A DNA stretch of 64,000 nucleotides from Bugula neritina (taxonomy: Eukaryota > Animalia > Bryozoa), in contig OZ037768.1 in assembly GCA_964035545.1 (NCBI GenBank), positions 4,372,741-4,436,740 on the forward strand, in the 5' to 3' direction. Under the pieces are notes generated by a model. The model ran no database searches and was not told the DNA's origin. It was given only the letters and a program-made list of their open reading frames with translations. Of the stretch, positions 41,360 through 55,305 are shown one piece after another (the stretch's first letter is position 1; every line of letters begins with the position of its first letter). Made by a program: the position numbers and the translations under genes.

Positions 41360-44300
41360 ATGCCAGCAGATCAAGCCTGGGCTCGCTTAGTAAACATAAA
41401 TGATATCACGGATGTTGTCAATATATCGTCTGATAAGTTTACTATTGGTCGGCTTGCAGGTAACTGTTTTTATGTTTTAAGGTGTTTCTACTTATGCCTA
41501 GATTTGTGTCTACTATATATATTAATGAAATAAATGCAACTTCTTTCATTGTTAATATACTCATTTGTTGGCTAAAATAATACTAACCAGGATAGAGGAT
41601 TTTCATCGCTCAACCAAAAGATATATTCTTTAATAACATCAACAGTTTAAATATTTTTTGGCATTAGGCTATTTTATAACAATTATAAATTTAATATAAT
41701 ATAACATAGTATTGGGATGTTAGTATACTTATAACGTAGTTAATTCAAACCTGATACTATTGCATAGTCTACTAATTGTAGTCAAGAAATTTGGAATCTT
41801 ATTGGATAATTCAAGTGCAAAAATAACTCAATTAAAAACTTCATTAGTAAATAGGAGTTGTCTTTTCTAAGGACAGATTCAGAGGTAAAACAAAAATGTG
41901 TCTAGCAATTTTCAACTATCCAATTTTACAAAAAAAAATTAATTTCTTAAAATTATTTAGTATCAGTTATATATCATAAACACACAATGTAACTTTCTTG
42001 TGCCCTGGCCATATGCTTTTTCAAATTGAAAATAATTATCATTTGTAGCTCCCTTAACTTTGTGCCTGAAAGAAGGTAACTCTTGTTTTATTCTAGAGGC
42101 TAAGATTTACTGAAAGTTGTATCTTAAAGCAGATTATTTCTTACATATGTTAGTAGCAATTTCCAAGCTTATGTTCTTTAGAGTTCGAAATGGTCTTGTT
42201 GAGTTTTGAAAAATTTTGTGTTAATAAAAACAAATTTTTTGCTTGCACTAAATTAATAGTTTCATATACATATAATACATATGTATAATACTAGAGACAG
42301 CTATTTTATGTATGTTTTGTGCATTATTCTTGTACTGATTTGCAGATCTAATAATTTTTCAGCCAATGATTTATCATTCCCACACAATAAGCTGATTAGT
42401 CAGAATCACTGTTGTATAACTCGAGAAGATGAGGAAATCTATCTTACTGACTCCAGGTGATTTAATTAGTTTGTTTTCATTTTTAATGCAAATTATATCA
42501 GTATTTTAATATAATGCAACTAGTACTGGCACTAGGAGGGGGATTAAATAATTGCTTAGCAATGTAGGCTGAGCTCTTATTGCACGACCAGGCTAGCTAG
42601 AAACAGTTTATGGGTTTCTCTGCCACCTGATACATGTTAACAGCTATTAGAATTACACTGCTTTACTACACTGATGCTGACGCTACTAAGAAATATTTTT
42701 TGCATGATTTCTCTACAGTTTTGTCTCTAATATCACTGTTACAGTTTAAATCCAATGCAATAAATGTTCAAGCCAAACTTTTCTATATTTGCCATGTATT
42801 TAGTAACCATGGTTACCATGTTTTCAGCACGAATGGTACGCAGGTGGATGGCACCAAGGTTAAACAGAGAAAAGCCGAACTTAAACATGGAGATGAGATA
42901 CACATTGTCTTTAAGAAAAATAGCGTAGAAAATAGTATGTTTTTCTTAGTATGTATTAAGAAGTGGTCTAAAGACACTGAAATTGTATTTGACAGACATT
43001 TTGATATCTTTTGTGTATTTGTCTCTTAGTAGTTGCATTGCTGGAGGCTGTACCATATAGCATGTTATATGGTATATAGACTATAGTAATATAGCACATC
43101 ATAAAGTATATATAGTTATATAGCATATTGTATACTATATAGCATGTTATGAAGTATATAGTTATATAGCATGTTATAATAAAGTGATAGTACAGCATTT
43201 CATATGAAACTGTAACCAGTTTTCTTCCTGTCATTTCACAACCTCAACCACAAATATCATTCTCAGACAATGTATATTTACACAACATTATGCTAATGTT
43301 CATTTAACACAATATTGTTGTGAAGAAATAAAATATATTGCAGAATAATAAAACTATTTCAACTAAAGGTTTTACATCATTTTAATCATCCTTTTGACTG
43401 TTGATATTTCAGATATAGCCTACATTTTTGAAGAAGTTAGCAAAACTTTGCCAAGTGATTCTTTAGAAGCTACGCAAGAGTATGAGCCAGTTCAGGCCAC
43501 AGAGCTAGGTAAATGTTATGGGAATTTTTAAAGTTCAGTGTAATCTAGTTGCTTTCGTTATACAAAAAGACTTCTTCTCCACTGGAAATCGAATCTTTGA
43601 CTTGCAAGCTATCTACTAACCATTAAACTGTGGGGGCTACTGGAGAATGCCAACACCCCACCCCACCCAGTTCTCCAGAACTTCACTGTCAGTTTTTGGG
43701 CTCCACCAGCCTTTCAACTCGCTTAGGCTAGTTAATGTACCTTTCTCAGGGCCGAAATAGCTTGTAAAACTCCTGCCCCACCAGGAATCGAACCTCGGAC
43801 TTCTAACTTGCAAGCCAGTGTGCTAAACATTACACTATGGGAGCTACATGAGAATCTCAACACCACGTTTTTAAGCTGGCAATTGTCCTTTTCATTGACT
43901 TGTTTATATTTGTTAGTGTTGGTTACCAGGTTTTCTGACATAAAGGTCTAAATCTTGCATCAGGTTTACTGTCTGTCCAATTATTCAAATTTATTAGAAG
44001 AAAGTGAGCCGCCCCGTAAGCAGATGAAAAAAGGGAAGAGAGAAACACCGACAGCAGCTGATGATACATCGGCAGCAGTGGAGCAGAAGGCTGTGGCAGA
44101 CGTGAGGGATAAGATCGGGGATACTAATGAGATTGATGAAGCTCTGCTCTGTATTATATGTCAGGAGTTGCTGCATGACTGTGTTAGGTATGCCTACCCT
44201 ACAAAGTGGTAGTGCAGAGTAGGGAGAAGTAGAATATGAGTATAAAGGGAGAGTATAGTACCTGTATTATGGGACGAAGTGTACTAGTATTATAAAACTC

Positions 44301-47300
44301 ACCCAAGTTTAGAGTCGCTACCCCTGTGAGAAACCCCTGATGGAAAAGGGTTTTTGTTAAAACGGGCTAAGGATTTTTTTAGATGAGGCACAGGAGCATT
44401 TATGACTGGATGCTCTTCCTAACATCACCAATGGCTTTTGTCGGGGTTTGAACCCATGACTTCGTGTTCACAAAGCAAACGCTCTAACCCCTAGACCACG
44501 GCTGCTCCCTGTGGACTAGTGTACTAGTATTATAAAGATTATATATTTTAGTGAGAGTAAAGTATAAGTATTAGTACGAGTAGAGTGTAAATATTAGTGC
44601 AAGTAGAGTGTAAGTATTAGTGTGAGTAGAGTGCAAGTATTAGTGGACATAGAGTGGAAGTATTAGTGTGAGTAGAGTACTAGTATTAGTGTGAGTATTA
44701 GTGTGAGTAGAGTGCAAGTATTAGTGTGAGTAGAGTGCAAGTATTAGTGTGAGTAGAGTGTAAGTATTAGTGTGAGTAGAGTATGAGTATTAGTGTGAGT
44801 ATTAGTGTGAGTAGAGTGCAAGTATTAGTGTGAGTAGAGTGCAAGTATTAGTGTGAGTAGAGTGTAAGTATTAGTGTGAGTAGAGTATGAGTATTGATGA
44901 AGATTAAGTAAAATCAAACTACTAGTAGGCATTGAGTACCATTGAGTATTAAAAATGCTGTGAATAAGCATTAAGGAGACATGCTATAGATACTAATAAA
45001 TGTAATATACATTGTAGCAGTATTACATCAATACATGAGCTAATAATGCATATTGTAGCCTGCAGCCGTGTATGCACACATTCTGTGCTGGCTGTTTCTC
45101 TCAGTGGATGACGAAATCTAAACTATGTCCAACTTGCAGAAAGAAGGCAACTTCTGTTGCTCAAAATCACATTCTTAGAAATCTAATTGAAGTGTACTTG
45201 AAAAGTCACCCAGGTAAGCTCTTTAGTTGTTTCCCATTGAGAATTAGTAGAGAGGATAGTTTAGCATGAGTTTAACTGAAGTGTTGGTATTTTTAGCAAT
45301 CTTTTCATTATTATTGCAACTTTCTGTTAGTTTGTTTTAATTTCTTTTATTTTGTAGAAAAGAAAAGAGATCCGGCGGACATTGCAGAATTGGATAAACA
45401 TAACACAATTCGCACTCTGAATCACGTAGGTTTAGTTAGAGTTATCTGTTCTTGTCCAGTTAATATTTTCAATACTGCTTTTGTTATGCCACAGTGAAAT
45501 ATCTTGCACGCTGTCTCCTTTTCTCTTCCAGTTTTACATGTGGTGCTGATGAATTACATATAAACCTAAAACAAATATTGCGACTGGATAATATAACATA
45601 CACCACAATGCAATAATATTAATACTGTATTTGTATAATATTAATATAATATATTATGTGGAACTGTAAGACCATAATGGCTTTGTAACATTCAGGTTCA
45701 CTCTTTGTGTACATACTTGTTTTAGAAACTTACGGATTGTCCTTCTGAGAATGAAGATTACAGTGAAGATGAGGAATATGAACATAGTGACTCATCTTCC
45801 AGCTCTTTTGATGAGCACCGACCTAACCCATTTGGCCCTATTGTTGTACCATCTTTCCTGAACATGAGTGTACCAGTGTGTAGGCAGTGTACAGGCTATA
45901 ACAGTAAGTACTAACCTTACCTTGTCATTTCTAGTGTCTACACCGGGCTGTTCCAGTAACCACCCTAGCTTACTGAAATACTCTGGCTATGTTTATTCTA
46001 AACTTTGAACCATCCTTTACAATGATGTCAACCTGAATAAGTTTTGCTATAAATTTGTATAAAAGAAGACATCTTGTGTTTAGATAGCAGATTGCAGCAG
46101 ATGCATGATCCACCAGCTGGTGGTGCAGCAGACAACGCAACTCCTGGCTCCGGGTACGTCTGCACTCAGGGTACACAGAAGCATGTTGTGTGCTACTGCT
46201 GCATGGAGATGTTCCCTGATAGGAGAGATTCCATGGATAGTCTTTCGGTTTCCTGTGAGTGTTACAATACCTACATATGATGAGCGGCTGTGTTATTATT
46301 GCTAATTCACTAATGGGTTTATATGCTAACTGTAGGTCATGATTATAAGTACTTATTGTAAATTTCTCTTTTACAAGATGATTGGTGATTAGTAGCCATA
46401 ATACTTCTGATAATTGTTTGGTTGTACTTGCCTAGGTGAAGTATGTTCTGGAACGTTCTGTCATCTCTACTGGAAATGTAAAAGACCCGACTGTAAAGGC
46501 TGTCTGAATAAACTAAAAGGTTTGTGTTTCAATCTAGCTGTTGAGTAACATTTTCACTCAAGGTTTCTATTGGTTCATGCAGGATTGTTGATTTGAATTT
46601 TCACTATAATAAGAAACTTCTAGAATTATTCTAGTTTATGGTTTTTGTCGTTAGTGGCACTTCAAGTTCTTCTGTTATCCCATTCACTGGCTGCTTGTTA
46701 TTTATTACTTTTCTACTTTACACGTGAATTTATTTTGATTTTAGACATGCAGTTGATCGATTCTTTGATGGATAACATCTTGCTACAAAACTCGGTTGAG
46801 TCAAACATTCTAAAAGTGAGTATCTGGTAGATGATTAGCTGAAGTACTAACCAGAGTAACTATGACTAGGGAGGTGATATATGCTGTTGAGTGTGTAATA
46901 CAAGATGTAGTGCACTTTCTATTTGTTCATTTCTCTTTTCTGTATATTAAAAGTACTTATGATGTCGTACTGTTTCAGGACTATATGCAGTCTAAATCAT
47001 TGACTATGCAGGATATTATTCAGTCTAGCTGCTCACGGCTAGACAGAGGGGAGTTCTTGCTGAACAATGACTTTGGTTGCAACTTCTCTGGTAAGTGTTT
47101 TAACTGTGAACTTCACGAGTTAGAATATCTGCATCAAACCTATTGCCATAATGCAGGTATATTATTTGCTTCTATTATAGTCACTGTTGTTCACTCGTTT
47201 ACAGGTAAAGGGCTAAAGGGGGACTCCATAATCTGCTACAGGTGCGGCAGCAAAGCTCTCAGGCAGCTTGCCTACCACTACAGGAAGAATATACCTGCTA

Positions 47301-47701
47301 ATGAGTTACCAGGTATGCCGTGACCTCTAAACTCTCACGAATTTGATTTTGCAAGTATTATGTGGATTGCATCATCTCTGTCCCTCTTTATTATTGTGTA
47401 GATAATTTGGTTATATTTTTCTCAACAGATGCTGTCACCAAGAAAGCAGACTGCTACTGGGGCAAGAACTGTAGAACACAGAAAAAGCCTGGCCATGCTT
47501 TGTAAGTGAATACGCATTCTCCTATATAGCATCTACTTGAATTTTGCTGGCTAGTTTCAAGCAGAGTTCAAGTTACCTTTTTCACATATATGAATACAAT
47601 TCATTTATTTTACACAAATTCTTGTGTATAACATTTATATTTGAATTTAATTATTTTGTAGGAAGCTGAACCACATATGTGAGCAGACAAGATTTAATTG
47701 A
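41360..47701 (+). CDS. CHFR: E3 ubiquitin ligase CHFR (FHA, RING, cysteine-rich, PBZ)
   Basis: FHA (FTIGR...KLISQNHC...DSSTNGT); RING CIICQELLHDCV/LQPCMHTFCAGC...CPTCR; Cys-rich HVVCYCCMEMFPDRR and FCHLYWKC; NSVESNILKDY; PBZ DCYWGKNCRTQKKPGHALKLNHICEQTRFN*. ATG at 41360, stop at 47699-47701. Confidence 0.95.
43560..43848 (-). mobile_element. tRNA-derived SINE(s): two tandem tRNA-like heads in a CHFR intron
   Basis: Minus strand GTAGCTCCCATAGTGTAATG...CTTGCAAG...GGTTCGATTCC, followed ~200 bp later by GTAGCCCCCACAGTTTAATGG...CTTGCAAG...GATTCGATTTCC. Confidence 0.7.
44297..44517 (-). mobile_element. tRNA-derived SINE, copy 2, with 19-bp TSD
   Basis: Minus strand CCGTGGTCTAGGGGTTAGAGCG...GGTTCAAACCC head, same body as 29415-29609. 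Direct repeats AGTGTACTAGTATTATAAA at 44278-44296 and 44518-44536. Confidence 0.88.
44550..44896. repeat. Minisatellite, 23-bp unit GTATTAGTGTGAGTAGAGTGYAA
   Basis: About 15 tandem copies with internal 12-bp variants. Confidence 0.92.
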
Positions 47702-48263
47702 GAGTAGATGCAGTATCAAATATTTACTGCCTTCAGGACTCTAGATAGTGTTGTACGTAGATTAGTAGTGATTTCTGTGATAAATATGACTATATTATAG
47801 CATGTATTTCATATATAGTATTTGAATATAACACCTTTTTTATTTTGGAACTTCCTATATTAAATATATACATTAACATATCATCCAAGAATCTCTAAAA
47901 GTGCTTTAAAAGTAAAAAACATTCAAATTGAAGTTGAAAAAACTCAAGTTACAGCTTTTGTGGAATTATTCAACATTATCAATTTTATCAGCTTTATTTA
48001 ATTCCAATATATAATATTCTTGGACTTCAGCTATATAAAGACTGGCTTAACTACCAGATAAATTATTAAGAATTGCACAAAATATTACAAGAATGCCAAC
48101 ATGACCAAAAATATAATTACTAACTAGAAATATATTTTGTAGACATGTTACAATATTAGTGGGTAGCTGGTGCATACGTTCCATATGTAGATCAATATAT
48201 GCAGTATGCAAGAGATATTCTCATCAATTCAATTTCTACTTCTGCCTGGGAAATCAGCAGTGT

Positions 48264-51200
48264 TTATGGCATTATGTGAATGTAGCTGTCAATCTTAGCT
48301 CTGTGTCTCTGAGCCACGCACTCCGATATCCAAACAATATTCCTTGTTTCTTGTTCCTTCAACTTGACATAGGCGTAGAAAACTCCAAATTGAAACTGTC
48401 TCATGAAAGCATCCAGCATTAACTTCACCTAAAATGATATACACCGTTCACAATAATACAAAATAGCATAATAAACAATATAACCTAATAAACTATATAA
48501 CATAATAAACGCTATAATAGCACTGATCTAATAACTTGGTTAGATCCCAATTCAGCGAGTCACTTACTTCAAATTCAAAGAATTTATCTTCGAGAGTTTT
48601 CTCCCCAGGGTTGTTTCCAGCTCCATCAAACAGTGCCTTGTACTCCTAAGATTATTCAAACTAATATTAATACATAAGTTGAAGCTTCTAATCTAGACCT
48701 GATTGTCTAAATTAGGCCCTGTTAAAGCAGTAGGTAGAACACTTCATCACGAGCAAAAATTAATTACATTTAGCACAATAATGACACCTGCTGATGACAA
48801 CTGCAACACCAAACCACATGCCGGCCAACACTTGACCACCACAAGTATTAACATAAAGAATTGCAACAAACTGCACAGCTTTCTGTCATGACAAAGAGCT
48901 GATAGCGACCCTAGGGACGCTGATAATAGGATAGACGGGAGACATAGTGATACTCACAGCATAGTACTCAGCCACAGCTCTCACTTGGTCGTAGTCGTCT
49001 GCCCTACTGAGGGAAGCCAAGCCATCCGGGTACAACCGGCCACACGTCGGGTAAAGTTTATATCTGTCATCTTTAGTCAGTTCTGTGTCAAATGAGTTGA
49101 TGGTGATGATGAAAGCTCTTCTGTCAGCTTCAAACTGTAATTTATAAACACCTAGTAGCACCTGCATTCTAATGTCAGATTTAAGAATAGTTTGTCTGTC
49201 TTGGTTTAACAATAAGTCTATGAATTTAATTGAATGCAGCACACGAACATACAAAAATTAGTCAGTTGATATTAGATACACACTTACAGCCAAAGCATTG
49301 CACATCACCTCAGCTGTACTTCCTCCCATAGATTTGCAGAAGTTGTAGAAATCATCTAGATATGCCTAAATGCAATAATATCAGTTAATGCAATTTGATC
49401 GTCTTTACAAAAAAAACATCTAGCTGTATGTATATATGATCACTGTCCACAATATAAAACTCTGAAAACGTTTTCGCAATGTTGAAAAGCATTGTTTTTG
49501 AGATTCACAATAAAAACTGCATGAGCTTCACCGTGCTAACAGTATTACTGAGGTTGGAACAAATGATATTTTAACCTCCATTTTATATTCAACCATGCTA
49601 CTTTGATACAAACAAACACAATCTCTTTTTGCTTATTGTGTTGTGCTGTTTAAAAGAGACGGTATAATTATCGAATTATTATGAGGAGTAATTAGCATAT
49701 TTCTTTCATTTACAACACTATAGAACTGGCAGCGACAAAACATCTTTCTTGAAAGCAAAATCAGTTTACAGATACATTACCTTGTACAATGTATTTCTGA
49801 TAATTTCAATGTTCATTTCATCCAAATCCTGTTCCGATATGCAGTCAATAAAATATGGAGCTGAAACAAATAGCAAACAAGGAATGAATAAAACTTTGGT
49901 CACTTAACAACACCATTTATACTAAGCCAATGTAAATTTATTTTCCATGAAAATTACATAAAATATGTATTTCAACTACAGATATTTAAATATAAATTAT
50001 ATCAACTAACCAAGAGGCGTGTCTACAAGCACAGCATTGTAGAGCTCACTGGGAGTGGAGGCTACGTGAATAGCTTCCATCTGCTCAAAACTACCCAACG
50101 GGTGACATTTTGGAAGCAACTCAGATAGAGGGCGCTGGTGCATAGTTCCAGTAACAAGTAGCACAATGTTGTCAATCATATAACTGTACCTGCAATACAA
50201 AACAATTTTCATTTATATAGCCATCCGTTATATATTTCAGTAGCATTTTTATTACCAGCAGTAGTTTTTAGCTATCTCAGCAATCATAAACTACTAGCAT
50301 TTCGTGAAAGGTGACCATTTATAGCAAGAAGTAATTAAACCCACGTTTGATAACACTCTTTACCATCAAGAGCTTCGATAAACCTTTTAACCTTAAAAAA
50401 TCATACTGGCTTCAATAAAATAGCATTAAGGTTTTCATAAACAACAAACTAATAAAACTGCACATACGTAATGTAATCCAGGAACTTGGAAAGTGGAGGT
50501 AAGGAATGATTTCTCAGATGCTGAAACTCAATGACTAGCTTCTCTTTCAACTTATCATCAATAGTAGACACTGCCAGTGGACTAGGTTCATTGGCCAGGA
50601 AGTTTCCATAGTCTGTACTCTGCAAGCTGAGCTTCAAATCTAAAGCATGTAAAAATATTTTTATGAGTGTCAAACTATCTTATTCACATGTGAATATTAA
50701 TTCTTCACCATGTCAAGCTACCATTCACATGAACCAAATCTTTTATAGTCGGCAATTGACATGGAAGCCAAGCAAATTGCCAGTTGATCATTGCAGTTGT
50801 TAGTGAATACCACAACTATTGATTAGTTTGCAGCTATTACACTTACAGCTTTAAGTATATGCAACAATCAGGGATTGTTGATGAAAAAGTTGAGAAGTTA
50901 CATAAACTAGAGCAAGAATTGATTTGAAATAATTCATAATTGACAGCATTATTTATAGTATTTGCAGATGTATTCGAGTTGCAGGTTTTTGTTTGAGTCA
51001 AAGTAAATGCTAAGTTTTAAACATTATTATAATTGTGACGAACTATAATCTTCGCTAAACTGTACACAATGAAAAAACTGTTTTCACTTACAAAAATAGC
51101 TGTGACCAACAACCAATACTAAAATGCCGCAAATTTATTACACAATAACGAAATGTCCAACAAGTACCAACGAATATTAACATCAATCCGACTTCATAAT

Positions 51201-51641
51201 GAGTGAACTAACACGGTATTCTTTATTATTTACAGAAACTTGCGAAGTCTAGCTCAAGCTTATACTGATACTCTTTAGGTTTCACTTTCAGCATACATGA
51301 TGATGATCATGATATTAATAATAATATTTAATAAAATTTCAATACCTAAAGTTCAGCTAAACTATCCTTATTCATATTCATATTGCTCTGCATAGTAGTC
51401 CAGTATGTAAAACAAAACTGAAACTCAAAGTCAATTTAAGCAGTTACAGCAAAACTAAATGCAAATCTAAAACTAAAAGTAAAAGTAATTAGTAAAACTA
51501 AATCAAAATGAAAATCTTACCTTCCAAAGTTTGGCACTCAATAAGATTTTGATAATCGGCATCTCGCAAAATTCCAGATTTAAAACCACGAACTAGCCCT
51601 TCCAAGTAGCCATGATCAATATTAAAATAGGCATCACCCAT
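48264..51641 (-). CDS. ATP6V0D1: V-type proton ATPase subunit d (V0 d / Ac39), 8 exons
   Basis: [101 protein letters not shown]-like segment, [13 protein letters not shown]. Confidence 0.97.
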
Positions 51642-51729
51642 TTTAAATGTGTAGAAGTCGCCCAAAGCTAGATAATCTCACAAACTAATTCAGTAAATGT
51701 AATTGTGAACGACAACTCTGTGAAATCAA

Positions 51730-51800
51730 TCAGCAGGAAGTCACATGATCGCTCAGCATTGTAGTTAACCTTGACCATTAGATTCTACCAATGAAAACTC
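51730..51800. promoter_or_regulatory. Bidirectional ATP6V0D1/LRRC46 promoter with an MiT/TFE-type E-box
   Basis: CAGGAAGTCACATGATC contains an ETS core GGAAGT overlapping GTCACATGA (TCATGTGAC on the minus strand), ~100 bp upstream of the ATP6V0D1 ATG. CCAAT at ~51789. Confidence 0.55.
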
Positions 51801-52328
51801 GCGTTATGTTACTTCAGTTTTTCCTGTTTACACTGGAGTTCCTTAGATGCCTATAATTGCGTCTAGGTAAAGAATAACTTTGAGGCAATCACTAGATTAA
51901 TTATAAAAAATATCATAAGCAATCGAGATTAAAGTATAACCAAATTAATTACACAATAATAATTAATATTTTTATAATGTATTTAGTTATTAACATCTCT
52001 AACGATCATGTAATTCTAAACTAACGCTAACAGTAACACTATGACTTGAGTATGAGTATGACTATCAGTATCAGTATGAGTATGAGTATCACAGTTGACA
52101 CTGTCACTGGACAAATGACAAAGTAAAAGTCGAATTACATTATTTAAGATGTACTTTTGCTTAGTGGCTAAAAGTTGAAATAAAAAGTCAAATCATTTAT
52201 TGCCAGCTCATTCAATTTTTGAGCATTAAAAGTTCATGAAAGCTTATTAGATGTTAGAATAATTTAGGTATATGTATATTCCAGTTTTTACATGCACAAC
52301 TTTTTATTCTGTTTCTCAGGTTTAAATT

Positions 52329-55305
52329 ATGAGCAAGCCCGCAAAGAAATTTACGAGTTCTACTCAGGGAAAATCTAATGTAAAAAAATTGAAGCCTACT
52401 AAAATCAAGAAATCTCAACACAGGTCTGGTGAGGAAAAAGAAGAGGAAACTCATTTTGATGCAAAACTGCAGCTTAGTAGCGAAGTCGTGCAAAATTGTA
52501 TGTTTTTAATATATTATAAGTTATAATGATTTATAGAAACATTTTTTTTTATTTTTGACATGTCTTTTTTACAAGTTGATCCAAAATAAATTCTTTTAGT
52601 AACATAATATTAAGTTTTTTATGCTGAGAGCTCTCTATATGTTATGTACTATGCTTGTGATTTTAGCTGATGATCTCTTAGAAACTTATGTAGCTGCCCC
52701 AAAAGCTCAAACAATAAATCTCTCATTACTAGCACGAAGATGTATCAGTAACTGCAAAAGTCATCAGCCTCAACAAATGTAAGCCACTTTAGAAGCAGAT
52801 TCTATAAAACAAAATAACTCCATAATTTAGTTCAAGTTGAACTGTTTGCTTGTCATACATAGATGAAATAGTTACACCAATGTGTTTACAGAATAGAGCT
52901 GCTTAATGAAGTTACACATGTGAGGTTAGATAGAGAAAATCTACAGAACATAGATGGATTAGAACTACTTGATGGAAACAAAGTTAAGAATCTGTATTTG
53001 CAACATGTGAGTGTTGACGTTGTTTGTGGTTTTTTTAATTAAATCAACAGCTAAAAGTTTATATATTAGCTACAAACAATTTTTAGAAAGCATAGTAAAG
53101 CAATATTTTAGAAGCAATAACTCCAACAATGTTTCTTAATGTTTAATATGTTATGCATTATGTGTTTTTGTTAAAACATATAGAATAGGGCTACATTCTT
53201 TTGCCTGTTTAATTAAACTAGGATAAAATAATTTCAATAATTTTTTCATATAGTAAAGCCATGCAGATTTTGTGTTTTGCTTGCATTTATATAATGATTT
53301 GTTCATTGTTTAGAATGAGTTAAAAGACATTACTGGGCTTGAAACTTTAACAGCATTAAGATTCCTCACTCTTAGTAACAACAAAATTCAGTCCATTCAA
53401 AACATTAGAAACCTAAAACTTGGATTCCTTGATTTGTCATACAATGAAATTCAAGAGTTACAAGTGGGTAAGTAAACACTACTTGTTCTAAAACTCAAGC
53501 TTTGCTGCAATTTAACCAAATTTTTGTTTTTGTTTTTCAATGATGCACAAGTTTATAGTATGTTATATGTTTTTTATAATATATTATTTTGCTTTTTCTG
53601 ACCCAGTAATCATCATCATAGTTTATAGTCAATCAGCTGTAGCATTACAATTTTTTTGAACTGTTACATAGATACTGTTCGCTCATATAATTGATGAAAA
53701 CTCAGCTGGCAGTTTTTAGTTAGAATAGAGATTATGAAGTAGTATCATTTAAAGTGATAGTTACCAACTATTAACGAATCTGTTTTTCAAGCTGTTAACA
53801 GGGCAGTTAAAGTGAATGCGTTTTATCTGATAGTAGCTTGTGTTGCACCTAAATTATAAAAAATCTATCGTGTTCTATTTTTATTTTTAAAGTTTATGCA
53901 CTATCACGTTCTGTGTACAATTTCTAGTAATTAATTGTAAGTTTAACCAAATAAAATGTTTAAACTTTCTATCAACTAGTATTTAATTACATAACATTGC
54001 TGCAGCTATAAAATCTGCTGTGTAGCCGCATCTATATTATTTTTTCAAAATAAGTTTTAAACTTTTCAATAACCCTATTAGTGTGATCTGTATTGTAGAT
54101 GAGCTACCAAGCTCTTTGGTAATCCTGTCATTAGAAGGAAACCCTTGTCAGCATACTGATGGTTATAAAGACAGCATTCTTAGTCACTGTCCTAACTTGT
54201 TACAGTTAGACGGTGTTAGGCTGACAGCGAGTGAGAGACGGGCAGCAGGGCATGATGTAATCAGCGAATCAGAAGAAAGTGATGACGAGGAAGGTGACAT
54301 TGGAGCATGCTCCTCATACGACTACAATAAACCATTTGATGCACAAATCATAGGTAGCAATCTACTGAACCACATATAAGCTAAAAACAGTACCATATCC
54401 AACAGCAAACCGTCACAGCAAGTGCAGCTCAAAGTTTCAGTGTAGATTTGTGTCAGTTTTGAAACTAGTTGTTGCTGTAAAAGTTTACTCTTGATTTTAA
54501 CATTACCGCTCTGTATACATAATGTGTTATCTTCGTGCTGCAAATCTGTATGAAGTGCAGGTACACAGAATGTTTGTAGTACAAAAAAGTTGAGTATATT
54601 CTGTTATATTCATGATACATGAAAATATGTTTATGGTAATAGAAATGCAGTTTCTTATTGTATTTATTCATCTTAAACAAGCCTATGCTTAAGTTTTCTT
54701 TAGGAAGTTGTCTGCTTTAAAACATTGAGATTTGCAGCAACCTTTGTAGTAACACTTTCACCATACTCTTTAATTATTCCTGAAGGAGTTGTCTATCCAT
54801 TAAAATCTAACACCTATAATCTTTCACCGTACATATCTTTTTAGGAGTATTTGATGATCTATCATCAGACATGTTTGAGAGGTGCAGATCTAGAATACAG
54901 AACATATTTGATGCACACAAGTCAAGGGTGCTGAACTTGGAAAAGATTAAGTCAGATGGTGGTATTGTGCTGGATGAAGGGGTGTCGAACCCGGCTTCAA
55001 GGATATCTTCGAGACTAGATAGCCCTGACACAACAGACAGTTCTCGACCAGCTACTGGTAACACTCTGCTAGATAATGTATCAATCATAGATGACGACAA
55101 TGATGAAGACTTAGGCTTTCGGTTAGCACAGACAAAACTGGCCAACGCTGCCGTAGCAGCTGACAGGCTCGGTGATGACTCGATCAGCGAAATGTCTTTT
55201 CTTAACTCAGATGTGCCTTCAGTTCACCTCAGAAGTTCTCTAACTTCTACTAATGCTTGGGAGCAGAGTGATGAGTCAGAGCTAACCTTGAATTTATTGT
55301 CATGA
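52329..55305 (+). CDS. LRRC46: Leucine-rich repeat-containing protein 46-like
   Basis: Approximate exons 52329-52497, 52668-52778, 52892-53006, 53314-53467, 54099-54352, 54846-55305. VTHVRLDRENLQNIDGLE, NLYLQHNEL, LGFLDLSYNEI, ELPSSLVILSLEGNPC, LLQLDG, followed by an acidic tract. Confidence 0.8.
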
